A DNA stretch of 32,000 nucleotides from Phycisphaera mikurensis NBRC 102666 (GCF_000284115.1 NC_017080.1:1230001-1262000); one strand, 5' to 3'. Counted from the first letter of the stretch, positions 24,952 through 32,000 are shown. Translations and numbers: made by a program. The notes: a model not told the origin generated them from the sequence alone.

Positions 24952-25937
24952 CCCGCGGAGAGCCGCACGAGGTCGGCGAGCGTCCGACGCCCGGCCCCGG
25001 AGTCGATGGCTTGCGACGCGGCCGTGAGGCCTTCGGCGAGCGACTCGACGCAGCCGCCCACCTGGAGCGCCGCGGCGGCGTTGAGGATGACGATGTCGCG
25101 GCAGGGGCCGTCCTCCCCATCGAGCACGCGGCGGATGACGGCGGCGGAGGCCTCCGGTCCGTCCACGCGCAGCGCGGCCGGGTGGCTCCACGATAGACCC
25201 AAGTCGCTGGGATCGATCTCCTCGTCCTTGAGCGTGGGCGGCTCGCCGGGCCCGCCGGAGCGCACGCGGCAGGCGTGGGTGGGGCCGCAGGTGGAGACCT
25301 CGTCGAGGCCGTCGGTGTGCGAACCATCGGCGTCGGGGATCAGCCCGCTGACGACCAGCGCGTGATCCACCCCGAGCCGGCCGAGCACCTCGGCCATCGG
25401 CCGCACGAGCCGCCGCGTGTAGACGCCCAGCAGCATCCGCCGCACCCCCGCGGGGTTGGTGAGGGGGCCGACGAGGTTGAAGATCGTGCGGAAGCCCAGA
25501 TCCGCCCGCACCGGCCCGGCGAAGCGCATCGCCGGGTGGTGGGCGGGCGCGTGGAAGAACGCGATGCCCGCCTCGTCGAGGCAGCGCGACAGCGTCTGGA
25601 CCGGGCCGCCGAGCGTCACGCCCAGCGCCTCGAGCGCCTGGCTCGAGCCCGATCGGCTCGTCACCGCCTTGTTCCCGTGCTTCGCCACGCCAAGGCCCAT
25701 CTCCCGCCCGGCCGCGGCCGTCACGATCGCCGCCGACGTCGACACGTTGAAGGTGCCCGCGTGGTCTCCACCGGTGCCGACGATGTCGATCCCGGTGCGG
25801 TTCCGCGGCATCGGCACGCCGACCGCCCGGGCCCGCATCGCCGCCGCGGCCCCGTGAAGCTCGTCGACCGTCGCGCCCCGCACCTGGATCATCGACAGCA
25901 GCGCCGCGATCTGCGGCGGCGTCGCCCCGCCGTCCAT
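24948..25937 (-). CDS. trpD: Anthranilate phosphoribosyltransferase (5' boundary unresolved; homology continues upstream of the first ATG)
   Basis: IVGTGGDHAGTFNVST, KHGNKAVTSRSGS and NLVGPLTNPA. The in-frame sequence upstream of ATG 25937 reads EPVIHRILSHLVTGQPLSHEDAREAFDTV, the typical TrpD N-terminal helices, but contains no ATG, GTG or TTG. Confidence 0.9.
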   Translation of the reverse strand: MDGGATPPQIAALLSMIQVRGATVDELHGAAAAMRARAVGVPMPRNRTGIDIVGTGGDHAGTFNVSTSAAIVTAAAGREMGLGVAKHGNKAVTSRSGSSQALEALGVTLGGPVQTLSRCLDEAGIAFFHAPAHHPAMRFAGPVRADLGFRTIFNLVGPLTNPAGVRRMLLGVYTRRLVRPMAEVLGRLGVDHALVVSGLIPDADGSHTDGLDEVSTCGPTHACRVRSGGPGEPPTLKDEEIDPSDLGLSWSHPAALRVDGPEASAAVIRRVLDGEDGPCRDIVILNAAAALQVGGCVESLAEGLTAASQAIDSGAGRRTLADLVRLSAG

Positions 25938-26151
25938 GACGGTGTCGAAGGCCTCGCGGGCGTCTTCGTGGGAGAGCGGCTGGCCGGTGACGAGGTGAGA
26001 GAGGATGCGGTGGATGACGGGTTCCTTCGGCGTTCTCCGGCGGCCCTGCCGGCTGCGGCTTGGGCGGGCACGGTACCCGCTGATTCGCCCGCGCCGGCGG
26101 CGGACCCGCGGCCGGTCGGCCCGGACGGCGTCGCCCGCGGGAGCGTGGCGA

Positions 26152-26171
26152 CCCGCGGCCGCGGCCGCGGG
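26152..26171. repeat. Perfect 20-nt palindrome directly after a minus-strand stop codon
   Basis: CCCGCGGCCGCGGCCGCGGG equals its own reverse complement. It lies 1 nt downstream (minus strand) of the TGA at 26173-26175. Confidence 0.8.
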
Positions 26172-26172
26172 C

Positions 26173-26394
26173 TCAGGTCAGCCAGCGGAGCAGCAGCGCC
26201 AGCGCGACCATCGCCGCCAGCACCTCGCCCGCGAGCTTCAACGACTCGGGGACGAGCCGGTCGAGCGTGGGCAGCTTCAGCGTCTTGTAGACCAGCGCGA
26301 CCGCGAAGAGCAGCGGCAGCAGCAGCAAAGGCCACCAGCCGTCGACGTCGAGCGGGTCGATGAAGGGGCGGTAGGTGGCGAGCGACGCGGGCAT
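26173..26394 (-). CDS. 73-aa two-TM membrane protein
   Basis: MPASLATYRPFIDPLDVDGWWPLLLLPLLFAVALVYKTLKLPTLDRLVPESLKLAGEVLAAMVALALLLRWLT. Its ATG overlaps the upstream stop by 1 nt (TGATG). Confidence 0.6.
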   Translation of the reverse strand: MPASLATYRPFIDPLDVDGWWPLLLLPLLFAVALVYKTLKLPTLDRLVPESLKLAGEVLAAMVALALLLRWLT

Positions 26395-26993
26395 CAGGCG
26401 GCGGGTCCGGCGGGGTCTGCGGCGGGCGAGGGCGCGCCGGCGGGCGGCTCCGCCGGCGCGGCGCCGTCGGACCGGCGGCGCGGCCCGCGGCGACGCTCGT
26501 GGGACGGGCGGCGGTGGGCGACGTCGAGGATCGCGAGCAGGTTCAGCAGCCCCGCGGCCGCGGTGTAGAGGGTGCCCTGCTCCTGCGAGCGGCCGAAGGA
26601 GGGCGCGTAGGCCGCGACGGCGGCCTCGCCGCCCGGCCGGTTCACCGCCCGCACCGCCCGGTCGCGCAGCTTCTGGTGGTGGGCGTCGACCAGGAAAGCG
26701 GGAGCGACGAGCGCCTGGCTGATGAACCAGGCGGGGTGGTCGCGCCGGTCGACCACCGCCACGCCGCCGATGAGCAGCCCCGCGAGGAACAGCGTAGTGA
26801 TCGCGACGGCGAGGACGAGCCCGCGGTGGGTCCTCCCCAGCAGGAGGTGTCCCAGGCCCGGAAAGCCCCACGCCACCGCCGCCGCGAGCAGGTGCTGCGC
26901 GAGCGGCCGGTCGCGCGGCTCGCCGGCGCCGGCGGCCGCGGCGGCCGCGGGGGAGCCGGCGGCTGCGGATTGGGCATCGGGCGTGTGCGGCAT
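26394..26993 (-). CDS. Polytopic membrane protein of unknown function
   Basis: AWGFPGLGHLLLGRTHRGLVLAVAITTLFLAGLLIGGVAVV and further hydrophobic segments. ATG 26993 is preferred over the track start at 27113. Confidence 0.6.
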   Translation of the reverse strand: MPHTPDAQSAAAGSPAAAAAAGAGEPRDRPLAQHLLAAAVAWGFPGLGHLLLGRTHRGLVLAVAITTLFLAGLLIGGVAVVDRRDHPAWFISQALVAPAFLVDAHHQKLRDRAVRAVNRPGGEAAVAAYAPSFGRSQEQGTLYTAAAGLLNLLAILDVAHRRPSHERRRGPRRRSDGAAPAEPPAGAPSPAADPAGPAA

Positions 26994-27090
26994 CGCGAGG
27001 GGTGGGCGCGGGCGGGTCGTGGCGCGGGGCGGGTGTGCGACCCGGTGGCACGGGCCTCCGGTGAATGGGAACATCGGCTCGCCGGCCCCG

Positions 27091-27118
27091 TTGACAACCC
27101 TCCGGCTGCGCATAGCCT
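27091..27118 (+). promoter_or_regulatory. Sigma70-like promoter candidate for the acidic-protein gene
   Basis: TTGACA (27091-27096), a 16-nt spacer, then TAGCCT (27113-27118), about 80 nt upstream of ATG 27198. The -10 element is weak. Confidence 0.3.
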
Positions 27119-27197
27119 AAAACCGCTGCGTGACCCCCGCCGCCCGACACCCCGGCGGCGTGTTCTCCGATCACGAAACCGCGAGCTGGACCTGACC

Positions 27198-27566
<369 letters not shown>

Positions 27567-27850
27567 CACGCATCCCCGGATCCAAGCGGGCGGCCGAGCC
27601 GATCCCGTTGGGGTGGAGAGCGCCGCATGCGGGAGCGGGATCGGCCCCCAGCGGGCGTGGCACCCCGTGAGCGGACGCCCGAGAGGCTCAACGGATCCGC
27701 GTGAGCGGTGGCTCCGCGTCGGGGGCGGTTGCGGGGGGTCCCGCCCGCTGCGGTCGCCCGTCGCATTTCGGGGCCGGGCCCGCCGATCGAAGAGCTCCTC
27801 CCGCACCGCCGGCACCCGGGCCCCATCGCCAGCTCCGCGTCGGTGGGCGC

Positions 27851-28879
27851 TCAGGCCTGCGAGGCGTAGCCGCTGGGGTTCTCCTGGAACCACTTCCAGG
27901 CGTCCCGGACCATCGTGGTGGCGTCGGTGATGGAGGCGGACCAGCCGAGCTGCTCGCGGATCTTCCGCGGGTCGGCGTAGAGCGAGGGCGGGTCGCCGGG
28001 GCGGCGATCGCCGTGCTCGACGGGGAAGTCCACGCCGGTGACCTCCTTCACCGCGTCGATGATCTGCTTGACCGAGAGGCCTTTGCCGGTGCCGAGGTTG
28101 AAGATCATCTGCCGCCGGTCTTCGCGGTCCGGATCCAACTCGTTCATCACCGCGACGTGGGCGTCGATGAGGTCGCTCACGTGGATGTAGTCGCGGATGC
28201 AGGTGCCGTCGGGGGTCGGGTAGTCGAGCCCGAAGATCGTCGCCGACTCCCGCTTGCCCAGCGCGGTGTTCAGCAGCACCGGGATGAGGTGCGTCTCGGG
28301 GTGGTGGTCCTCGCCGATGACGGCGTCGGGGTCGCTGCCGGCCACGTTGAAGTAGCGGAGAGCCGCGTACGCGAAGCCCGGCTCGGCGGCGGCGTGATCC
28401 GCCAGCACGCGTTCGACGAAGAGCTTGCTCCAGCCGTAGGGGTTGATGGGCGACTGCGGCGTGTCCTCGCGGATCGGCATCACCTCCGGCTCGCCGTAGG
28501 TGGCGCAGGTCGAGGAATGCACGAAACGCTTCACGCCCGCGTCCTGCATCGCCTGCAGCAGGCTGACCACGCCCGCGGTGTTGTTCTCGTAATACCTCAG
28601 CGGATCGGTCACCGATTCGCCGACGTAGGCGAGCGCGGCGAAGTTCATGATGGCCTCGGTGCCCAGCTCACGCAGGCGGGCGGCGATTACGGCGCGGTCC
28701 TGCAGGTCGGCTTCGAGCAGCGGGATCTCCTTTCCGCTGCTCGCCCGCAGGGCTTCGACGGCCTCGCGGTGGCCGCGGCCGAGGTTGTCCAGCACGGCCA
28801 CGTCGTGGCCGTCACGCAGCAGCCGCTGCACCGCATGAGAACCGATGTACCCCGCACCGCCTGTGACCAATACCTTCAT
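27851..28879 (-). CDS. galE: UDP-glucose 4-epimerase
   Basis: MKVLVTGGAGYIGSH Rossmann motif, YGWSK (YxxxK), and full-length SDR-extended similarity. ATG 28879. Confidence 0.92.
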   Translation of the reverse strand: MKVLVTGGAGYIGSHAVQRLLRDGHDVAVLDNLGRGHREAVEALRASSGKEIPLLEADLQDRAVIAARLRELGTEAIMNFAALAYVGESVTDPLRYYENNTAGVVSLLQAMQDAGVKRFVHSSTCATYGEPEVMPIREDTPQSPINPYGWSKLFVERVLADHAAAEPGFAYAALRYFNVAGSDPDAVIGEDHHPETHLIPVLLNTALGKRESATIFGLDYPTPDGTCIRDYIHVSDLIDAHVAVMNELDPDREDRRQMIFNLGTGKGLSVKQIIDAVKEVTGVDFPVEHGDRRPGDPPSLYADPRKIREQLGWSASITDATTMVRDAWKWFQENPSGYASQA

Positions 28880-28980
28880 GACGCGAGCGTAATCGGGCGG
28901 CGGCACGCCCGCCTCCAGAGCGATCCACCCGGCGGCCGGTATCTTCGGCGGCACGCCCCGCTCCGCCGAGACCCACCTTC

Positions 28981-29328
28981 ATGAGAACCATCGCCCCCAC
29001 CCGCCGGTCCGCCCTGCTCCCCTTCGTCGCCTGCCTCGCGGTCGCCGCGCTGCCCGCCTGCCAGACCGGCGGCGGCGGCGGTGACGCCGCGGAAGAGGTC
29101 GTCGAGGACTACGCCCCGCGGATGGGCATGACCCAGGAGGAGATCAAGGCCGAGTACGGCGGCGAGCCGGACATCGTCACCGACCGCGCCGCCGGCGGGG
29201 CCGTGTGGAAGTACCACACGAACATGGGGGAGCGCTTCATCCCCTTCAACTTCGGCTACCGGGACCGCTACGACACGATCACCTTCGACGCGTCGGGCGT
29301 CGTGGTGGACTTTACCAAGGAGCGCTGA
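28981..29328 (+). CDS. Small lipoprotein
   Basis: Signal peptide with lipobox LPAC followed by a Gly run. 115 aa. No family named. Confidence 0.7.
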   Translation: MRTIAPTRRSALLPFVACLAVAALPACQTGGGGGDAAEEVVEDYAPRMGMTQEEIKAEYGGEPDIVTDRAAGGAVWKYHTNMGERFIPFNFGYRDRYDTITFDASGVVVDFTKER

Positions 29329-29408
29329 GGCCGCGCCGGAGGAGGTCCCGGCGTCGGACCCGCGGCCGCTGGGATCCGCCGCACGCGGGCTCCGGACCCG
29401 CGGGCGCC

Positions 29409-29498
29409 AGGCTGCGCCTTTTCCGCGGCACCGGCTGCGCCGGTGTCGGACCCGCGGGCGCCCGGCTGCGCCGTGCGGCGGGTTCGAATCCCGCCCTC
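29409..29498 (+). repeat. 90-nt repeat X, copy 1 (three TGC-triloop hairpins plus a tRNA T-arm-like hairpin with the canonical loop TTCGAAT)
   Basis: 87 of 90 positions match 29572-29661. It ends in GCGGG-TTCGAAT-CCCGC-CCTC, an inverted copy of the tRNA-Ser T-arm and acceptor 3' strand. Confidence 0.85.
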
Positions 29499-29508
29499 CC
29501 CCTACGCA

Positions 29509-29547
29509 CAAGATCGGACCGACCCGGAGCGGGTCGGTCCGATCTTG
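29509..29547. other. Perfect palindromic hairpin HP1 (16 bp plus 1, 5-nt loop)
   Basis: AAGATCGGACCGACCC-ggagc-GGGTCGGTCCGATCTT. Confidence 0.85.
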
Positions 29548-29563
29548 ACGGAGAGGGCGGGAT
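29548..29563 (-). other. 16-nt duplicate of the tRNA-Ser(GCU) 3' end (T-loop to discriminator plus 1 nt)
   Basis: ACGGAGAGGGCGGGAT is identical to 29708-29723, offset 160 nt. Confidence 0.85.
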
Positions 29564-29571
29564 GCGCGAAA

Positions 29572-29661
29572 AGGCTGCGCCTTTTCCGCGGCACCGGCTG
29601 CGCCGGTGTCGGACCCGCGGGCGCTCGGCTGCGCCGTGCGGCGGGTTAGAAGCCCGCCCTC
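29572..29661 (+). repeat. 90-nt repeat X, copy 2 (T-arm-like loop mutated to TTAGAAG)
   Basis: Offset of 163 nt from copy 1. In this copy the first hairpin is extended to CGCGAAAAGGC-tgc-GCCTTTTcCGCG. Confidence 0.85.
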
Positions 29662-29669
29662 ACTCGGAG

Positions 29670-29708
29670 TTGACAGCGCCCCGGCCCGTGGGGCCGGGGC
29701 GCTGTCAA
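29670..29708 (-). terminator. Perfect palindromic hairpin HP2 (18 bp, 3-nt loop) abutting the tRNA-Ser 3' end
   Basis: TTGACAGCGCCCCGGCCC-gtg-GGGCCGGGGCGCTGTCAA. It lies directly downstream of the tRNA on the minus strand. No U-tract follows. Confidence 0.6.
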
Positions 29709-29797
29709 CGGAGAGGGCGGGATTCGAACCCGCGGTGAGATTTGCATCCCACGCCGCTTTAGCAAAGCGGTACCTTCAGCCGCTCGGTCACCTCTCC
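29709..29797 (-). tRNA. tRNA-Ser (anticodon GCT)
   Basis: The minus strand reads GGAGAGG-TG-ACCGAGCGGCTGAAGGT-A-CCGCT-TTGCTAA-AGCGG, then a long variable arm, GCGGG-TTCGAAT-CCCGC-CCTCTCC-G. This is a full class II cloverleaf. CCA is not encoded. Confidence 0.95.
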
Positions 29798-29845
29798 AGG
29801 TGCCTGTCTCCGGATGAACCGCCCGGGGGGTCGGATCGCGGAGGA

Positions 29846-29918
29846 TGCCGACGGCTGGACTCGAACCAGCGACCCAGGGCTTATGAATCCCTTGCTCTAC
29901 CAACTGAGCTACGTCGGC
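29846..29918 (-). tRNA. tRNA with CAT anticodon (elongator Met, or Ile2 after lysidine modification; not an initiator)
   Basis: GCCGACG-TA-GCTC-AGTTGGTA-GAGC-A-AGGGA-TTCATAA-GCCCT-GGGTC-GCTGG-TTCGAGT-CCAGC-CGTCGGC-A. G1-C72 is paired. The T-arm resembles that of Ile tRNAs. CCA is not encoded. Confidence 0.9.
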
Positions 29919-29929
29919 CCCGCGGCGGC

Positions 29930-29957
29930 ATGGTACCCGCGCCGCGCTCGCGGTCAA
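29930..29957 (-). promoter_or_regulatory. Sigma70-like promoter candidate for the tRNA pair
   Basis: The minus strand reads TTGACC, a 16-nt spacer, then TACCAT. The -10 element ends 11 nt before tRNA position 1. Confidence 0.4.
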
Positions 29958-29972
29958 TCGGGCCACCGCCGC

Positions 29973-30863
29973 TCACTTGCCGGCAAAATCGATGAGGCGG
30001 CCGATCTCGCTGCGTAGGCGGTGCCGGTGGACCACGCGGTCGACGAAGCCCTTCTCGAGCAGGAACTCGCTGCGTTGGAAGCCGGCGGGGAGCTCCTGCC
30101 GCACCGTGTTGGCGATGACGCGGGCGCCGGTGAAGCCGATGAGGGCCTTGGGCTCCGCGAGCGTCACGTCGCCCAGCATGGCGAAGCTGGCGGCGGTGCC
30201 GCCGGTGGTGGGGTCGCTGAGCACCGCGATGTACAGGCCGCCGGCGTCGTCGAAGCGGGCCAGGGCGGCGCTGGTCTTGATCATCTGCGAGACGGCCAGC
30301 GTGCTCTCCTGCATGCGGGCGCCGCCGCCGGCGCAGACGAGAATCATCGGGCGGTCCTCGTCGGTCGCCAGCTCGATGGCGCGGGTGATCTTCTCGCCCA
30401 CCACCGACCCCATGCTCGCCATCATGAACCCGGGGTTCATCACCGCGAGCACGACGCCGCGCCCTTTGATGTAGGCGCGGCCCGCGACCAGCGCGTCGCG
30501 TTCGCCGGTCTTCTTCTGCTCCTTCTCGAACCGCTCCTGGTACGGGATGCGGTCGACGAAGGCGAGCGTGTCGAGCGGGACGAGATCCTCCCAAAGCGGC
30601 TCGAAAGAGTCCGGGTCGACCATCTGCCGCACCCGCTCGCGGGCATCGACGCGGTGGTGGTGGTCGCAGGCCGGGCACACCCAGAGGTTCTGCTCCAGCG
30701 TCTTGCGGTAGAGCATCGCCTCGCACACCTGGCAGCGCGTCCAGAGGCCTTCCGGAACGCCCGAGCGGGTGTCGGCGGGGCGGACGTCGCGCCAGCTCCG
30801 GTTGGCGCGGCGATCGGGCAGCGGGGCCGCGGGCGGCTTGGCGTCGGTGGGGGCTTCGGCCAT
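29973..30863 (-). CDS. accD: Acetyl-CoA carboxylase carboxyltransferase beta subunit
   Basis: N-terminal C4 zinc ribbon CQVCx15CPAC and a carboxyltransferase domain (GGARMQE, full-length similarity). Confidence 0.93.
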   Translation of the reverse strand: MAEAPTDAKPPAAPLPDRRANRSWRDVRPADTRSGVPEGLWTRCQVCEAMLYRKTLEQNLWVCPACDHHHRVDARERVRQMVDPDSFEPLWEDLVPLDTLAFVDRIPYQERFEKEQKKTGERDALVAGRAYIKGRGVVLAVMNPGFMMASMGSVVGEKITRAIELATDEDRPMILVCAGGGARMQESTLAVSQMIKTSAALARFDDAGGLYIAVLSDPTTGGTAASFAMLGDVTLAEPKALIGFTGARVIANTVRQELPAGFQRSEFLLEKGFVDRVVHRHRLRSEIGRLIDFAGK

Positions 30864-30906
30864 GGAGGTGAGGGGAGACGCCGCGGCGCCGGCCGCTCCC
30901 GGCGGT

Positions 30907-31386
30907 TCAGGACAGATCGGAGGGGTCGTAAACGTCGCCCTGCGAGGACGAGGTGTAGTCGATCAGCTCGGCGTCGTCGAACCACAGAGACAGCTCACGC
31001 TCGGCCGACTCCGGCGAGTCGCTGCCGTGGATGAGGTTGTGGCCGCCGGAGAGTCCCAGGTCGCCGCGGATCGTCCCCGGGGCGGCGAGCCGGCCGTTGG
31101 TGGCACCGATGAGCGTGCGGCAGACGGCAATCGACCCGACGCCACGCACCGCCATCACCACCACCGGGGCGGAGGTGAAGAACGCGATGAGCCCGTCGAA
31201 GAAGCCCTTGCCGGCGTGCTCGGCGTAGTGCTGCTCGGCGAGCTTCCGCGGCACGTGCACGAGCTTCATGCCGGCGAGCTGCAGGCCTTTGCGCTCGAGC
31301 CGGCCGACGATCTCGCCGACGAGGCCTCGTTGGACGGCGTCGGGCTTGGCGATGAGAAGCGTGGTTTCGAAGGCGGCGGGGGGCAT
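30907..31386 (-). CDS. ndk: Nucleoside diphosphate kinase
   Basis: TLLIAKPDAVQRGLVGEI, the NLIHGSDS active-site His region, and an AGGAGA Shine-Dalgarno 6 nt upstream of ATG 31386. Confidence 0.93.
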   Translation of the reverse strand: MPPAAFETTLLIAKPDAVQRGLVGEIVGRLERKGLQLAGMKLVHVPRKLAEQHYAEHAGKGFFDGLIAFFTSAPVVVMAVRGVGSIAVCRTLIGATNGRLAAPGTIRGDLGLSGGHNLIHGSDSPESAERELSLWFDDAELIDYTSSSQGDVYDPSDLS

Positions 31387-31737
31387 GTCGTTCTCCTGAG
31401 GAGCGGGGAGCGGGCGGGGGAGGACGATACCGGCTCGGTGCTCCGGGGGCGGTGAAGCGGGCCACGCTGCCGGGGCTGCGGGGGAGGCGAAGCACCGCTC
31501 CGCGGCGGGGGCCACCTGCCCAGGGGCCCGCTCCGCGATGCCACGCTCTCGCCGGGGGGCCGCCGATGGCCCCGACGCGGGACGCCGCCGGCGCTCAAGA
31601 CGTACGGGCCTCTGCGACCCCGAGGGGCCTCGCCGGCCGATCGCGCCGCGGCGGCCCCCGGTGCCCGGAGCCCCGAGCCGCTGCGGTAGGGTGGCGCCCG
31701 GACCACTCGCCGGGGGAGCCCAAGGAAGAACAGCATC

Positions 31738-32000
31738 ATGCGGCCAGTTGAGACCGCCACCGACATCGCAGGACGGGAGCTCGCCAAGGGCGACACCGTC
31801 TCGACCACCACCGGCTTCGCCTCGGGGCGCATCTGGGACATCGCCGACGACGACGGCGTGAGCTTCGTTCAGATCCGGCCGGTCCACCAGCCGTACGGGC
31901 AGGCGGTCTGGTACGCGAGCGAGCAGGTGATCTGGGTGGCCACGCCGAAGATCCGCGACCGGGCGAAGGAGGAGGCGGAGAAGAAGATCGCCGTGGAGAA
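31738..32000 (+). CDS. Hypothetical protein; 3' end lies outside the window (not in the ORF track because no stop is reached)
   Basis: ATG 31738 is preceded by AAGGAAG. The 87 codons are almost all G/C-ending (MRPVETATDIAGRELAKGDTVSTTTGFASGRIWDIADDDGVSFVQIRPVHQPYGQAVWYASEQVIWVATPKIRDRAKEEAEKKIAVE). Confidence 0.5.
   Translation, partial: MRPVETATDIAGRELAKGDTVSTTTGFASGRIWDIADDDGVSFVQIRPVHQPYGQAVWYASEQVIWVATPKIRDRAKEEAEKKIAVE

Noticed and set aside
27567-27850. A 285-nt convergent gap as a possible small gene or sRNA. It contains a 10-bp inverted repeat (27598-27607 with 27636-27645) and the palindrome CCGCATGCGG.
   Set aside because: Only a 25-codon ORF with poor context is available. The stem has a 28-nt loop and no flanking signals. 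The only notable content is the shared 13-mer, already reported with 2694-2785.
29405-29502. A possible plus-strand tRNA or tmRNA ending in GGGTTCGAATCCC-CCTCCCC.
   Set aside because: There is no complementary 5' acceptor strand (GGGGAGG) at tRNA distance. No 7-nt anticodon loop is present (the internal hairpins have 3-nt loops), and there are no tmRNA 5' end or tag-ORF features. It is an inverted partial copy of tRNA-Ser, not a complete gene.
29330-29972. A genomic island or mobile element integrated at the tRNA pair.
   Set aside because: No integrase, transposase or foreign-looking gene lies on either side (lipoprotein and galE on one side, accD and ndk on the other). Only the short att-like duplication is present, and it is reported as a finding.
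29443-29995. Two plus-strand ORFs with the same N-terminus (MSDPRA.GCAVRRVR...) at 29443-29649 and 29606-29995.
   Set aside because: The shared N-terminus is simply the translated 90-nt DNA repeat. The second ORF runs antisense through both tRNA genes, and the composition is not protein-like.
31700-31740. AAGGAAGAACAGC resembling the SRP-RNA domain IV GGAAGCAGCC motif in the 350-nt ndk-upstream gap.
   Set aside because: No matching 3' strand or tetraloop helix is present. The segment serves more simply as the SD region and start of the 31738 ORF. I found no other supported feature in 31387-31737.

Overview
This is a very GC-rich bacterial chromosomal segment (by eye about 70-75 % GC; not computed). 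The mix of proteins (RNase Y, zinc-ribbon/polytopic membrane proteins, HEAT and fasciclin proteins, DUF4190/DUF3465-type proteins) suggests a Planctomycetota/Phycisphaerae-like genome, but that is inference only. I support about 36 protein genes, mostly housekeeping: fabH-like (partial), Gfo/Idh/MocA oxidoreductase, HI0933-type flavoprotein, lnt, an m5C RNA methyltransferase, rny, an orphan histidine kinase, a large MscS/MscK-type channel, dodecin, msrB, a fasciclin protein, tsaB, trpD, galE, accD and ndk. There are also two minus-strand tRNAs, Ser(GCU) and a CAT-anticodon tRNA. I found no rRNA, CRISPR array, integrase or transposase. High GC produces many long Arg/Pro/Gly-rich antisense ORFs in the track. 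I chose frames by recognisable family motifs, G/C-ending codons and start/stop context. The unusual content is mainly non-coding. (1) At 17981-18248, with a truncated copy at 16883-16915, a cluster is built from a GC hairpin plus a GAAG-rich purine module, including five tandem 16-nt units and inverted copies. (2) At 29409-29723, next to tRNA-Ser, there is a tandem ~160-nt module. It holds a 16-nt duplicate of the tRNA 3' end, inverted copies of the tRNA T-arm/acceptor strand, and two different perfect palindromes at equivalent positions. (3) A GGC-TGC-GCC triloop hairpin is shared by both regions, with different complementary flanks in different copies. Smaller observations are a toxin-antitoxin-like nucleotidyltransferase pair, a trpD whose conserved N-terminus has no canonical start codon, a possible SD-sequestering rny leader, an untracked 42-codon membrane ORF, and a same-strand channel/EEP-like/kinase/zinc-ribbon gene cluster. 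All functional readings of the non-coding elements are hypotheses.
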